Origin: an uncultured Desulfatitalea sp.
GTDB taxonomy: Bacteria; Desulfobacterota; Desulfobacteria; Desulfobacterales; Desulfosarcinaceae
NCBI GenBank assembly: GCA_963668675.2
Contig: CAXXMB010000002.1
Location: 1,440,001-1,504,000 of the forward strand
DNA: 64,000 nt
Direction of reading: 5' to 3'
The notes under the pieces are model-generated. The model saw only the letters and a program-made list of their open reading frames with translations. It was not told where the DNA came from and made no database searches. Both the position numbers and the translations under genes were made by a program. Of this stretch, positions 10,768 to 20,468 are shown piece after piece. Numbering within the stretch: the first letter of the stretch is position 1; every line of letters begins with the position of its first letter.

Positions 10768-11376
10768 ATGACTTCGGAAGCCAATATACTGGTGGTGGAA
10801 GACGATACGAATGTTGCAGCAGTCCTGGAAGCCCGCCTGCAATCATTCGGCTACGAGGTTTGTGATATCGCCAAATCCGGTCCCGCAGCCGTTCGAATGG
10901 CGATGGATCAGTCGCCGGACCTGGTGCTGATGGATATTCTGCTGGAGGGAGACATGAATGGGGTCGAAGCCGCAGAGCTGATTCACAACCAGGCGGACAT
11001 CCCCATCATCTTCGTCACCTGCCTGAGCGACCAGGCGTTGCTGGAGCGTGCCGTCAAGGCCAACGCTTATGGTTATATTCTCAAGCCCTATGACAATGCC
11101 GAATTGCGCTACACCATCGAAATCGCCCTGATCAAATACCGGGCCGCCAGAGAGCGAGAGCGGTTGATCGTCGATCTGGAAAAGGCACTTAAGGAGGTCA
11201 AACGGCTCAGCGGGTTGCTGCCGATCTGCGCCTCCTGTAAAAAAATACGTAACGATGATGGCTCCTGGCAGCAGATCGAAGAGTATATCCATGCCCATTC
11301 CGAAGCGGACTTTTCACACAGCATCTGCCCTGAATGCGCCAAAACCCTCTATCCGGAACTCGACACCCAGAGGTGA
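10768..11376 (+). CDS. response regulator with C-terminal Cys/His-rich domain
   Basis: ILVVEDD, LVLMDI, YILKP receiver; LLPICASCKKIR...FSHSICPEC tail. Confidence 0.9.
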   Translation: MTSEANILVVEDDTNVAAVLEARLQSFGYEVCDIAKSGPAAVRMAMDQSPDLVLMDILLEGDMNGVEAAELIHNQADIPIIFVTCLSDQALLERAVKANAYGYILKPYDNAELRYTIEIALIKYRAARERERLIVDLEKALKEVKRLSGLLPICASCKKIRNDDGSWQQIEEYIHAHSEADFSHSICPECAKTLYPELDTQR

Positions 11377-11456
11377 GCCAACCGATGCCCTTCGAATGAC
11401 ACGCCTCTATTGACAGGGTTGCGTTCTATCCTATCTGCCAATCCGTGGCTGGCCAA

Positions 11457-12623
11457 TTACCTGTTGCGGGGAAACGCCACAATCAGAGGCAGGGAGAGCA
11501 GCGGCAGCAGCGACATCACCGTCAGGGTGGACTGGATCGAATAGAGATCGGCCATCTTCCCCACCAGGGGAGATACGATGCCCCCCAGCCCGAAAGCGAA
11601 TCCCATCATCAGGCTGGCCACCATCGAACGTCCTTTGGGCGCCAATTGCTGCGCCAAGGCCACCCCTAGCGGCATGGTAGCCAACACAAAGATACCGGCC
11701 AGCACAACGCCAAAATAGACCCAAACCCCATCAAGATAGAGCAGCAACAGCAGCGCCGGCCCCATGAGGCCATGGGTCACGAGGAAAATCTTCTTGAACC
11801 CGATCCGGTCCGCCAAATGGCCGGCGGTCAGGCCGCTGACCGTTCCGGCGATGGTAAAAAGCGAAAAGAGCACACCGGCCGACACCACCGAAAAGCCCTT
11901 CTGGACATAAAACACCGGCATGAATGTCATAAAAGATTGCCCCACGATGGCGCGCAGCACCATCACGAGCCATATCAGCACCACCGCTCTCCAGGCGCTT
12001 CCCAGGCTCTCCCTGATCGAGCCTATAAATCCCAAAGAGCGCATCCCCTCACTCTGCGGCACCGGCACCACGGCAAACAGATAGATGGCTGACACCAATC
12101 CTATCAACATGGTGTAGGGCATCGCACTCAATCCGAATCGGGTGGCATACCAGGTGATAAATAGCGGCCCGATACCAAAGGCGAGGGTGCCGCCGGTGTT
12201 GAAAATCGACATGGCAAAACCAGCATTGCGCCCTGAATAGAGCGGCACCATTCCGGTCACCGACGGGTGAAACATGGAGGAGCCCACCGAACCGGCGGCA
12301 ATGACAATCAGCAGGGACCAAAAGCCGACGGCCATACCGGAAAGGGGGATGAAAATGACCGTCATGAGAAGACCAGTCAAGATATATCCCCGGGTCGGAT
12401 ATCGGTCCGCCATGTAACCGGCAAAGGGTTGGACAATAAAGGCCAAAATACGGTTAACGCCGGCGACGATGCCCACTTCGGTGAGGGAGAGCCCCAGTTT
12501 GTCGACAAAAAGAGGAAACAGTGGCGTGGTAAAGGAGCTGTAGAAATCCCCAGTGAAATGGACGAGGGTAAGAGCGAAGAGCACTTTGACGCTGGCTTTG
12601 GCAGATGGATTCATGGGACGCAT
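11457..12623 (-). CDS. MFS transporter (Fsr-like)
   Basis: About 12 hydrophobic segments; HFTGD, G..ADR motifs, FHP. Confidence 0.88.
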   Translation of the reverse strand: MRPMNPSAKASVKVLFALTLVHFTGDFYSSFTTPLFPLFVDKLGLSLTEVGIVAGVNRILAFIVQPFAGYMADRYPTRGYILTGLLMTVIFIPLSGMAVGFWSLLIVIAAGSVGSSMFHPSVTGMVPLYSGRNAGFAMSIFNTGGTLAFGIGPLFITWYATRFGLSAMPYTMLIGLVSAIYLFAVVPVPQSEGMRSLGFIGSIRESLGSAWRAVVLIWLVMVLRAIVGQSFMTFMPVFYVQKGFSVVSAGVLFSLFTIAGTVSGLTAGHLADRIGFKKIFLVTHGLMGPALLLLLYLDGVWVYFGVVLAGIFVLATMPLGVALAQQLAPKGRSMVASLMMGFAFGLGGIVSPLVGKMADLYSIQSTLTVMSLLPLLSLPLIVAFPRNR

Positions 12624-12824
12624 GCTATCCTTATCGGGAACGGGCCAGGTCGCAAGTTGGATTCGACCTTTACGATCAATTGACGATCAGCGCCGTAGGA
12701 CAAAATGTGATGGGCTGTTTTTTAGGCCGTTGCACTGCCGGCTGCCGGAAAAACGGCACTATAAGGAGCTCCTTTGACAGCGTCAACTAAAATTGTAGAG
12801 AGAGATAGAAAGCGACGTCGAGGA

Positions 12825-13265
12825 TTAGCTGGTCACGGTAATTTTCAGCCACCGCCGCAGGCATTGAAACGCCACACCATCTCGGAGCCTGGCTTTGTTC
12901 ACGGGGATAAGGCCGACACGCATGGAGACCATCTGGTCTTCACCCCACGGCCACCACGCCACACAGAGGACCAGATTGTGAAGCGGATAAGAGGTGAAGA
13001 GAACCTGCCCAGGCATGAGCCCGAATTTAGCGTTCACCCATTCGATGATCGAGGCGTTTTCAGGAGGGGCGGATGAAAAGTTCCAATGGTGACTGAACTC
13101 CTTGAACAGAGGGAAAAAGACCAGTTCAGCATCCTCACCCTGGAGGACGACCATCGCCATATGACGCTGCTCATCCCACTCCCACGCATAAGCATTAGGA
13201 ATATTAATACATATCTTCCGGCATATCTCCTGGAACGGAGCCAGATCCTCCAATGTAATCTGCAT
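12825..13265 (-). CDS. hypothetical protein
   Basis: 146-aa ORF filling the gap, aromatic-rich (AWWPWG); no family recognised. Confidence 0.65.
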   Translation of the reverse strand: MQITLEDLAPFQEICRKICINIPNAYAWEWDEQRHMAMVVLQGEDAELVFFPLFKEFSHHWNFSSAPPENASIIEWVNAKFGLMPGQVLFTSYPLHNLVLCVAWWPWGEDQMVSMRVGLIPVNKARLRDGVAFQCLRRWLKITVTS

Positions 13266-13556
13266 TCGGCGTCCTTATCGCGTCGATCTCAACTCAACCC
13301 ATACGGGAACCACCCGGGGCCTGTTTTCATACTATCGGCCTTTGATCCCCAATCCTTGAGTCGCCCCCTATCAATGCCTACCCCCCTATGTCAAATTCGC
13401 CTCCCACTGCCCTTCCATATTCTTTTTGGTCGAATTTTGGTTGAATTGACAGCGACTATCTGCAACATTTTGAGATCTCACACTCAATCGACACACCTTT
13501 GCAAAAACGAGCATAACGGTCCTGTACAATCGATAGATTCAAGCGAGGTGCAACTG

Positions 13557-14372
13557 ATGCTGAATGTCACCTGGACCGGCGCCGCCGGCCTTCAATTTGA
13601 AACGGACAAAGAGACGATTCTCATAGACCCCTACCACACGCGCGTGGACATCTTTAATACCCTCCTTGGGCCCATATCAGCCGATACGGCGGCCATTGAC
13701 GCCCGACTTCCGGACATGAAGAAAATTGCAGCCGTCATCGTCGGCCACACCCATTCGGATCATGCCCTGGACGTGCCCCACATCGCCTCAAAGTCAACGT
13801 GCACAGTGGTAGGCAGCGCCTCCATGGACACCTTGATGAACTTGAGTGAAATGCCCGGCAGGGTCCGGGTCTGCTCAGGAGGAGAAACGGTGTCGCTGGG
13901 CGATGGCGCGTCGGTGACCATGATTCGATCCACACACGGTCTGGTGATCCTGGGGAAGGTTCCCTTTCCAGGGGAGATCCGCCCCACCAACACCCTTCCC
14001 ATGAAGGCAAGCGGATATCGGGTGGGGACGGTTTTCGCCCCAAAGCTTCAAATCAAGGACACCACCTTTATCCACGTGGGCAGTGCCAATTTTATCGAGA
14101 AGGAGATGGAGGGGCACACCTGCGACGTTCTATTTCTATGTGTGCCGGGGTGGAAAAAGCGGGAGAACTATCCCCAACGGCTGATCGAAATGACCCAACC
14201 ACAAACGGTCGTTCTTTTCCACTATGATGACTTTTCCAAACCGCATAAAAAGGGAAAAAGCACCCGACGACTACCGTTTGCCGATATGAAGGGACTGATT
14301 AAGGCCATCAAGGCCCACGCCCCCCGACTCAGGGTGATGGTCCCGGAGATATTCGAAACGATGCGTTTCTAA
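13557..14372 (+). CDS. MBL-fold metallo-hydrolase
   Basis: ILIDPY, GHTHSDHALD, HYDDF; start reassigned to ATG 13557 (GAGG upstream). Confidence 0.88.
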   Translation: MLNVTWTGAAGLQFETDKETILIDPYHTRVDIFNTLLGPISADTAAIDARLPDMKKIAAVIVGHTHSDHALDVPHIASKSTCTVVGSASMDTLMNLSEMPGRVRVCSGGETVSLGDGASVTMIRSTHGLVILGKVPFPGEIRPTNTLPMKASGYRVGTVFAPKLQIKDTTFIHVGSANFIEKEMEGHTCDVLFLCVPGWKKRENYPQRLIEMTQPQTVVLFHYDDFSKPHKKGKSTRRLPFADMKGLIKAIKAHAPRLRVMVPEIFETMRF

Positions 14373-14392
14373 TAGTGGTCGGGCCGATGGAA

Positions 14393-14433
14393 CAAAAAAA
14401 GATGGATTTGCGATCACAGTGCAAACCCATCTT
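14393..14433 (-). terminator. intrinsic terminator (rpmB side; possibly bidirectional)
   Basis: AAGATGGATTTGC-loop-GCAAACCCATCTT with an A-run on the left, between convergent genes. Confidence 0.65.
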
Positions 14434-14480
14434 AATTGATTTTTTCGGACAGTTGCCGCCTTATAACCCGCCGATGACGA

Positions 14481-14672
14481 TCAGGCGGATTTCACCACAC
14501 GGCCCGATTTGATGCAGTTGGTACAAACCAACAGCTTTTGGACCTTGCCTTCATGAAGGGCACGGACGTTCTGCAGATTGGGCTTGAAACGACGTTTGGT
14601 GACATTGTGGGCATGGCTCACGTTGCTGCCCACCATCGGCTTCTTTCCACAAATTTCACATACTCTGGCCAT
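14481..14672 (-). CDS. rpmB: 50S ribosomal protein L28 (Zn-binding form)
   Basis: [10 protein letters not shown]...VSHAHN.TKRRF.PNLQ...CTNC. Confidence 0.97.
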   Translation of the reverse strand: MARVCEICGKKPMVGSNVSHAHNVTKRRFKPNLQNVRALHEGKVQKLLVCTNCIKSGRVVKSA

Positions 14673-14807
14673 TGGATCTCTCCGCGATAATCGAGTCAGT
14701 CAACCGGTCACTTGGCCGGTTTTGTTCAAAAGACGAATTTGGTTTCATACATCCTTTATTTGAATCTGTAAAGTCCTTTTTGAAATCCAGCCGGCAAAAA
14801 CAAAACA

Positions 14808-15479
14808 TCAGGGTTGGGAGGGATCGACGGGCTGATAGGCCTCACACTCGGCGATGTACAGGAGTGACTGGTGGTGATAACCAACATCCGGATAGTCGCT
14901 GATAACCGCCATGAACCGCTCCAGGGCCGCTTTGTAAAATCCCTGGCCGAAGTAGTATTTCCCCACATAATATTCATGTCCCGCAATGCTCTTATAGCAG
15001 GCCGGGATATGGCTCTGAGCCTTGGCGGCATAGGCATCGTTCGGGTATTGGCCGATGAGCCTGCGGAAGGTTTCCAAGGCTTTTCGTGCCGGCATCTGAT
15101 CGCGATCGATGGCGTCGATCTGCTCGAAGTAGCACAATCCGATCTGGTAGACCACATAGGGCGTCGCCTCGTTGCGGGGATGCAGACGCTCAAACTCCTC
15201 ATAGGCGGCCACGGCCTCAGGATACTCCTGCAGGTGATAGTGGGCATCGGCGATCTTCAGCTCGGCCAGGATGGCGTAGTTGCTGAAGGGGTACCAATCC
15301 TTGAGCTGTTCGAATGCGTCTAAGGCCTTCTTGTAACTGCCTTTGTCGTAGGCTTCGACGCCCTCCTGAATCAACTCATCGGCCCGCTTCTCCTCATCGC
15401 CCTTACCGAACCACGCACAACCGGAACAGGCCAACAGTGCCCAGATAAGGACCATCGCAGTAATATGAACTGGCTTCAT
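14808..15479 (-). CDS. bamD: outer membrane protein assembly lipoprotein BamD
   Basis: Lipobox, YPFS, TPR helices, DRDQ, HEYYVGKYY. Confidence 0.92.
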   Translation of the reverse strand: MKPVHITAMVLIWALLACSGCAWFGKGDEEKRADELIQEGVEAYDKGSYKKALDAFEQLKDWYPFSNYAILAELKIADAHYHLQEYPEAVAAYEEFERLHPRNEATPYVVYQIGLCYFEQIDAIDRDQMPARKALETFRRLIGQYPNDAYAAKAQSHIPACYKSIAGHEYYVGKYYFGQGFYKAALERFMAVISDYPDVGYHHQSLLYIAECEAYQPVDPSQP

Positions 15480-15483
15480 TGAA

Positions 15484-15810
15484 TCAGAGGATGCTCTTGA
15501 GTGTGTCTTCCAGCTTGGTTTTGGCGACCATGCCGGTGATCTGGTCCACCACCTTGCCGTCTTTGAAGAATATCAGGGTTGGAATGGCTTTTATACCGAA
15601 CTTGCCCGGTGTAACGGGGTTGTCGTCCACATTGCATTTTGCGAATTTGACCTGATCGCCATACGTGCCGGCCAAATCTTCGATCACCGGGCCAATCGCT
15701 TTGCACGGACCGCACCACGGGGCCCAAAAATCAACCACGACGGGTTTTTCAGACTGCACGATCTCGCTGTCGAAACTGTTGTCGCTTATCTCCATAATCC
15801 CTTGTGCCAT
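15484..15810 (-). CDS. trxA: thioredoxin
   Basis: DFWAPWCGPC, IPTL; start at ATG 15810. Confidence 0.95.
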   Translation of the reverse strand: MAQGIMEISDNSFDSEIVQSEKPVVVDFWAPWCGPCKAIGPVIEDLAGTYGDQVKFAKCNVDDNPVTPGKFGIKAIPTLIFFKDGKVVDQITGMVAKTKLEDTLKSIL

Positions 15811-15928
15811 AATCTCATTGTCCTTTCTACCAAGGCGTTCGATTGAATGGGACAAAATAATATGAACCCCAGGGGTTGTCAACCATACGGCTGCGTGAAT
15901 GTAAGAATGGATGCTCGTTCTGAAGGGG

Positions 15929-17146
15929 CTACTCCGATTCCGGGAAGGTGTTTGCCCATTCACACGCCTGCTGATAAAGCTTGGGCAGCTTATCCTGGGG
16001 GATCCGCAGCGCGTCAGCCAGCCGGGCAACCAGGGGCCACTCGCCCTTCTCATAGCACTCCATCAACCCCAGGTAACCGATCAGCTCACCACGACGATGG
16101 CACAGGGCATCTTTGATTCTTTCAGAGAGGGGCAGATCCTTCATGACTGTCATCATGGGCTGATCGACGATGGCGTCGATCAGGGAGAACATCCCCAGGG
16201 TGAACAGTTCGGCCGAGGAGCTCCGGTCGCTGGATAGTCCCCCCATTAGCTCACAAAATTTACCCCTGATACAGGCAGCTCGAATCAGCTCGTCCGGCTT
16301 TCCTTTGCCCAGGTTGGACATGGCCATCAGCGAGACAAACCGTCGTATCTCCGCTTCTCCCATGTAGACGAGGGCCTGCTGGATGGAGGTGATCTCCTTG
16401 GCCTTGGCGAAGAAGGCGGAGTTGATATAGCGCAACAACTTGTAGGAGAGGCTGACATCCGGCGCGATCAGTTTCTCAAGAGAAGAGAACTCAAAATCGG
16501 CACGGTTCACTTCGGCCATGATCTGAAGCAGGTTCAACTGAGGGCCGGAAACATCCTTGCCCTTGACCAGTTGGGGTTTGCAGAAGAAAAACCCCTGGAA
16601 GTAGTCGAACCCCATCTGTTTGGCTTGCTCGAATTCGTCGTAGGTTTCGACTTTTTCGGCCAGCATTTTCAGGCCGTTTCGCTTGGGGAGCTGCTGCAGA
16701 TATGAGGCGATCTGATCCATCGACGAAAGCCTGAAATCGAACTTGATGATATGGGCGAGGTTGATCAACGGGTCGAGTTCAGGGGAGTATTCGAAATCGT
16801 CCAGGGCGAGGGTATAGCCCTTGTTCACCATCTCCTGGCAGGCGTCAATCAATTCGGAGGTGGGTTCCACATTTTCCAGAACTTCGACCACGGTCTCCTC
16901 TTTGGGCAGCAGCAGCGGCACCTTTCTGACGAGCAGATTCTGGGTGAAATTGATGAATGACTTCTTACCGCCGATCAGGGTGTCGATGCCGATATTGAAA
17001 AAGGTGTTGGCCAACACGGTAGATGTGGCTGTATCGCCATCGATATCGGGGGCGAACTTGGCGGTGGAATCCCTGAACAGCAGTTCATAACCGAATATCT
17101 TTTTGCGGGTGTTGAAGATCGGTTGACGGGCAACGTATGCATCCAT
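15929..17146 (-). CDS. EAL + HDOD domain protein (YuxH-like)
   Basis: ARQPI, YELLFR, ALDDF, LAEKVE, FQGFFF; KLLRYINS HDOD. Confidence 0.9.
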   Translation of the reverse strand: MDAYVARQPIFNTRKKIFGYELLFRDSTAKFAPDIDGDTATSTVLANTFFNIGIDTLIGGKKSFINFTQNLLVRKVPLLLPKEETVVEVLENVEPTSELIDACQEMVNKGYTLALDDFEYSPELDPLINLAHIIKFDFRLSSMDQIASYLQQLPKRNGLKMLAEKVETYDEFEQAKQMGFDYFQGFFFCKPQLVKGKDVSGPQLNLLQIMAEVNRADFEFSSLEKLIAPDVSLSYKLLRYINSAFFAKAKEITSIQQALVYMGEAEIRRFVSLMAMSNLGKGKPDELIRAACIRGKFCELMGGLSSDRSSSAELFTLGMFSLIDAIVDQPMMTVMKDLPLSERIKDALCHRRGELIGYLGLMECYEKGEWPLVARLADALRIPQDKLPKLYQQACEWANTFPESE

Positions 17147-17397
17147 GCTTATAGCGCATCCAATTCAGGTTGGACTAAGATCTGCTCCATTTCTCAATCA
17201 CTATCGGTTCGATATCGGAAAACTTTAGCCACGCGAAGTGCCATGCCGTTTCGGTGCAATCCCTTTTGGGGCAAACCTTTTTCGACCCTTTGACAGCTGC
17301 GGTCAGGTCTGATAGCCATTGATCATCATTGATCATCACCCCAACCGCTGAACTGGTGTACCGAACATCCGAATTCCCTCATCAAAGGAGCAACGCG

Positions 17398-18201
17398 ATG
17401 GAGACCAAACTACGTATCGGCGCCATGATATCGGGCGGCGGCACCAACCTTCAGGCAATTATCGATGCTTGTGAATCGGGAGACATTAACGGTGAAATGG
17501 TTTTTGTGGGATCGGACAATCCCAATGCGGCCGGCCTCGGGCGCGCCGAACGACACGCTATTTCCAGTTTTGTCGTCGACTACGGCGCCATCATCCGTCA
17601 ATATAAAAAAGCGCCTGAGGCCCAGACCCCACCGCCCGATTTCGATCTGGACGAAATGTGGCTCAAACAGAGTCTGTTCGAACCGAATGCGCAATCGACA
17701 CTGGTCGAGACATTTATCACCACCCGCGCCATTGCCGAAGCGCAGCTCCTCGAAAAGATGAATTCATACCCGGTGGATCTGCTGGTGCTGGCGGGCTTCA
17801 TGCGCAATCTGACGCCCTATTTCATCGACCGTTTCAACACCGACCCGGACCGCCCCCGCATCATGAATATCCATCCAGCCCTACTGCCCGCTTTCCCCGG
17901 CGTAGACGGCTACGGCGACACCTATCGATATGGATGCAAGGTGGGTGGCTGTACGGTTCATTTCATCGATTATGGCGAGGATTCCGGCCCCATTATAGGC
18001 CAGAAAAGCTTTCCCATCACAGAGGAGGACACCCTCGACACCATCAAACGAAAGGGTTTGGAGCTCGAATGGCAGCTCTACCCGGAGTGCATCCAGCTAT
18101 TTGCCGAAGATCGGCTTCAGACCGTGGTGATGACCCACACGCTGGACGGTGGTGAGGTGGTCCAAAGAAGGGTCGTGAAGGTCGTTAAGAGAAGTGATTA
18201 A
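17398..18201 (+). CDS. purN: phosphoribosylglycinamide formyltransferase
   Basis: ISGGGTNLQAII, LAGFMR, NIHPALLP.FPG, GCTVHF.D...DSGPII. Confidence 0.93.
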   Translation: METKLRIGAMISGGGTNLQAIIDACESGDINGEMVFVGSDNPNAAGLGRAERHAISSFVVDYGAIIRQYKKAPEAQTPPPDFDLDEMWLKQSLFEPNAQSTLVETFITTRAIAEAQLLEKMNSYPVDLLVLAGFMRNLTPYFIDRFNTDPDRPRIMNIHPALLPAFPGVDGYGDTYRYGCKVGGCTVHFIDYGEDSGPIIGQKSFPITEEDTLDTIKRKGLELEWQLYPECIQLFAEDRLQTVVMTHTLDGGEVVQRRVVKVVKRSD

Positions 18202-19370
18202 AGTAGCTTCATCATCATCGGAAAGGCCACAAACGTTCCCGCCGCGCTGCCCAGGTTGGTGAAGGCCACGACCAGCAGGATGCGCGTCACTTTGTTGTTC
18301 CAGAAACCGCGCACCGATTGAATGTCCTCTTGGAGGTGCTCGAAGTCCCGCACTTGGGGTTTGCGCGAAAAGGCTTCTACCAGTCCCGACACCCACCCGG
18401 CAGCTATCATGGGATTCAAAGATGTCAGCGGGGCCGCCAGCACGGATGAGATGATCGTTATCGGATGGGCCCAGGCGATCAGCGCCCCCAAACCGGCCAG
18501 GAGGCCGTTTGCACCGACCCACCAAATCAACATGCCGGTGCCCACGTCGGAGCCGCCCCTGAAAAAACCGAACAGCAGCAGCGCTATAATGGACAGGGGA
18601 ATGCCCCATTTGAGAATCGTTCCCAGATGCCCTTTGGGCGGCAGGGTTTCGAGCTGATCGACGGCCAGCGGCTGCGACCAGTATTCCATGATGCCCGGCA
18701 CATGCCCCGCGCCAATGACGGCAACGATCTTCTCCCCCGGTGCGCTGCGGATTTTCGCTGTCAGGTATTGATCCCGTTCATCGATCAGCGTTTTCCGAAT
18801 GGTGGGAAGGGAGCGGCCGACCTCTGCCAGAACCGTTTCCAGCATGTCCTGCTGCTTCAGGCGCTCCACCTCTTCTGCGCTGATCTCGTCCACGTCGCCG
18901 AATGAGAGCACCAGCTGAAAGATCAACTTGATGCGCGCCCACCAACTCATCTGGCGCCATGTGCGCGACAGGGTGACACGCACGTCGCGGTCGGCCAGGT
19001 GAATCGCAGCACCACTCGCTTCGGCCGATTCAATGGCCTGTATCATCTCCTGGCCGGGACGGATATCCAGTTTGGCCGCAATACGCTTTTGGAAAGAGGC
19101 CAGGATCAGGTTGGAGAGCAGCAGAAAAGCCTTCTTTTCCCGTATGACTTTGACAATGTCCATCTGCTGCCAGCTGTCTTTCTGACGCAAGGTCTGGAAT
19201 CGGCCGGCACACAACTCGACACAGACGGTGTCCGGCTTCTCCTCCTCGATCACCGATTTGACCAGCTCAACACTCTGCTTAGACACGTGAGCGGTGCCGA
19301 CCAGCACGATCTCTTTGCCCTCATAGGAGAGACGATGTACGGGATCACTGTTGTTTTTCGAGTCCATCAA
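18198..19370 (-). CDS. TraB/GumN family (pheromone-shutdown-like) membrane protein
   Basis: LVGTAHVS, VCVELC..R, PGQEM, ERD, AVIGAGHV.G; hydrophobic C-terminus. Confidence 0.9.
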   Translation of the reverse strand: MMDSKNNSDPVHRLSYEGKEIVLVGTAHVSKQSVELVKSVIEEEKPDTVCVELCAGRFQTLRQKDSWQQMDIVKVIREKKAFLLLSNLILASFQKRIAAKLDIRPGQEMIQAIESAEASGAAIHLADRDVRVTLSRTWRQMSWWARIKLIFQLVLSFGDVDEISAEEVERLKQQDMLETVLAEVGRSLPTIRKTLIDERDQYLTAKIRSAPGEKIVAVIGAGHVPGIMEYWSQPLAVDQLETLPPKGHLGTILKWGIPLSIIALLLFGFFRGGSDVGTGMLIWWVGANGLLAGLGALIAWAHPITIISSVLAAPLTSLNPMIAAGWVSGLVEAFSRKPQVRDFEHLQEDIQSVRGFWNNKVTRILLVVAFTNLGSAAGTFVAFPMMMKLL

Positions 19371-19514
19371 TATTATAGGTAACCTCTTATTCGTTTATTT
19401 GGCGTGCGCGTCCGGGGGAGATGCCGGGGAGAATCCATCGGGCGGCAGGTAAAACCTGGACAATATTATACGCTTTAAGCAAGATGTCAACGGCATCCGG
19501 GAGGCTGCACCACC

Positions 19515-20321
19515 ATGGCACCGCAAGATCCGGCTAATTTCAGCATTTCAGAGGAACCTTTCTACCTGAGCAGCGATAACGAAATCGAGCTTTTCGAGAC
19601 AGCCTGGCAGGCGAAACTGCCGGTGATGCTCAAAGGCCCCACCGGCTGCGGCAAAACCCGTTTCGTGCAACACATGGCCTGGCGCCTGAAGCGCCCCTTG
19701 ATTACCGTGGCCTGCCACGAAGATCTGTTTGCATCCGACCTGCTGGGGCGCTATCTCCTTCAGCACGATGAAACCGTCTGGGTGGACGGTCCGCTGACGC
19801 GCGCCGTGCGCATGGGGGCGATCTGCTATCTGGACGAAGTGGTCGAGGCTCGCAAGGACACCACCGTGGTCATCCATCCTCTGACCGACGACAGACGCAT
19901 GGTGAGCATCGACAAAAAGGGAGAGGTGCTTCAGGCCCACCCGGACTTCATGCTGGTAATCTCGTACAACCCCGGCTATCAATCGGTACTCAAAGACCTC
20001 AAACAGAGCACACGCCAGCGCTTCGTCGGCATCCAGTTCGACTACCCGCCACCAGAGCAGGAGGCCGGCATCGTAGCCGCTGAAGGCCGGATCGAACCCG
20101 ACATGGCCGAACGGCTCGTGACCCTGGCCGGCAAGATCCGAAATGTCCGTGAGCAGGGCCTGACCGAAGGGGCCAGCACACGCCTGCTCATCTATGCGGC
20201 CAAGATGATCCGGCGCGGTATCCCGCCGGCCCAGGCCTGCAAGACGGCCATCTGCCAGCCGCTCACCGACGACGACCGTCTTCAGGAGACCCTCGCCGAT
20301 CTGATCGATGATCTATTTTAG
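19515..20321 (+). CDS. CbbQ/NirQ/NorQ family AAA+ ATPase
   Basis: [44 protein letters not shown]. Confidence 0.93.
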   Translation: MAPQDPANFSISEEPFYLSSDNEIELFETAWQAKLPVMLKGPTGCGKTRFVQHMAWRLKRPLITVACHEDLFASDLLGRYLLQHDETVWVDGPLTRAVRMGAICYLDEVVEARKDTTVVIHPLTDDRRMVSIDKKGEVLQAHPDFMLVISYNPGYQSVLKDLKQSTRQRFVGIQFDYPPPEQEAGIVAAEGRIEPDMAERLVTLAGKIRNVREQGLTEGASTRLLIYAAKMIRRGIPPAQACKTAICQPLTDDDRLQETLADLIDDLF

Positions 20322-20354
20322 ATTTTACGCTTCAACCTTCGGGTTGCGCATAGT

Positions 20355-20423
20355 GTACATGCGAAGGAGAATCCAGCAGGTGGTCTGCACCTCACGATTG
20401 ATTCCGGCTTTCGCCGGGATGAC
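20355..20423. repeat. degenerate REP-like palindromic element
   Basis: GATTCCGGCTTTCGCCGGGATGAC hairpin preceded by decayed partner GCGAAGGAGAATCCAG, between convergent genes; only one copy seen in window. Confidence 0.4.
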
Positions 20424-20468
20424 ATTAGTTGTTGTTTATGGTTGCCGGGTTAATAGCTATAGATGAGG

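Noticed and set aside
13086..13556. N-terminal extensions in the ORF track (also trxA, nrdR, gltX, proS, uspA)
   Set aside because: Artefacts of the longest-ORF rule; family-typical starts lie downstream.
17150..17397. Purine/ZTP or c-di-GMP riboswitch before purN (GGCAAACC present)
   Set aside because: The rest of the consensus and pairing is missing.
18198..19370. TraB as evidence of conjugation
   Set aside because: It is the chromosomal TraB/GumN family, in core context with no T4SS genes.
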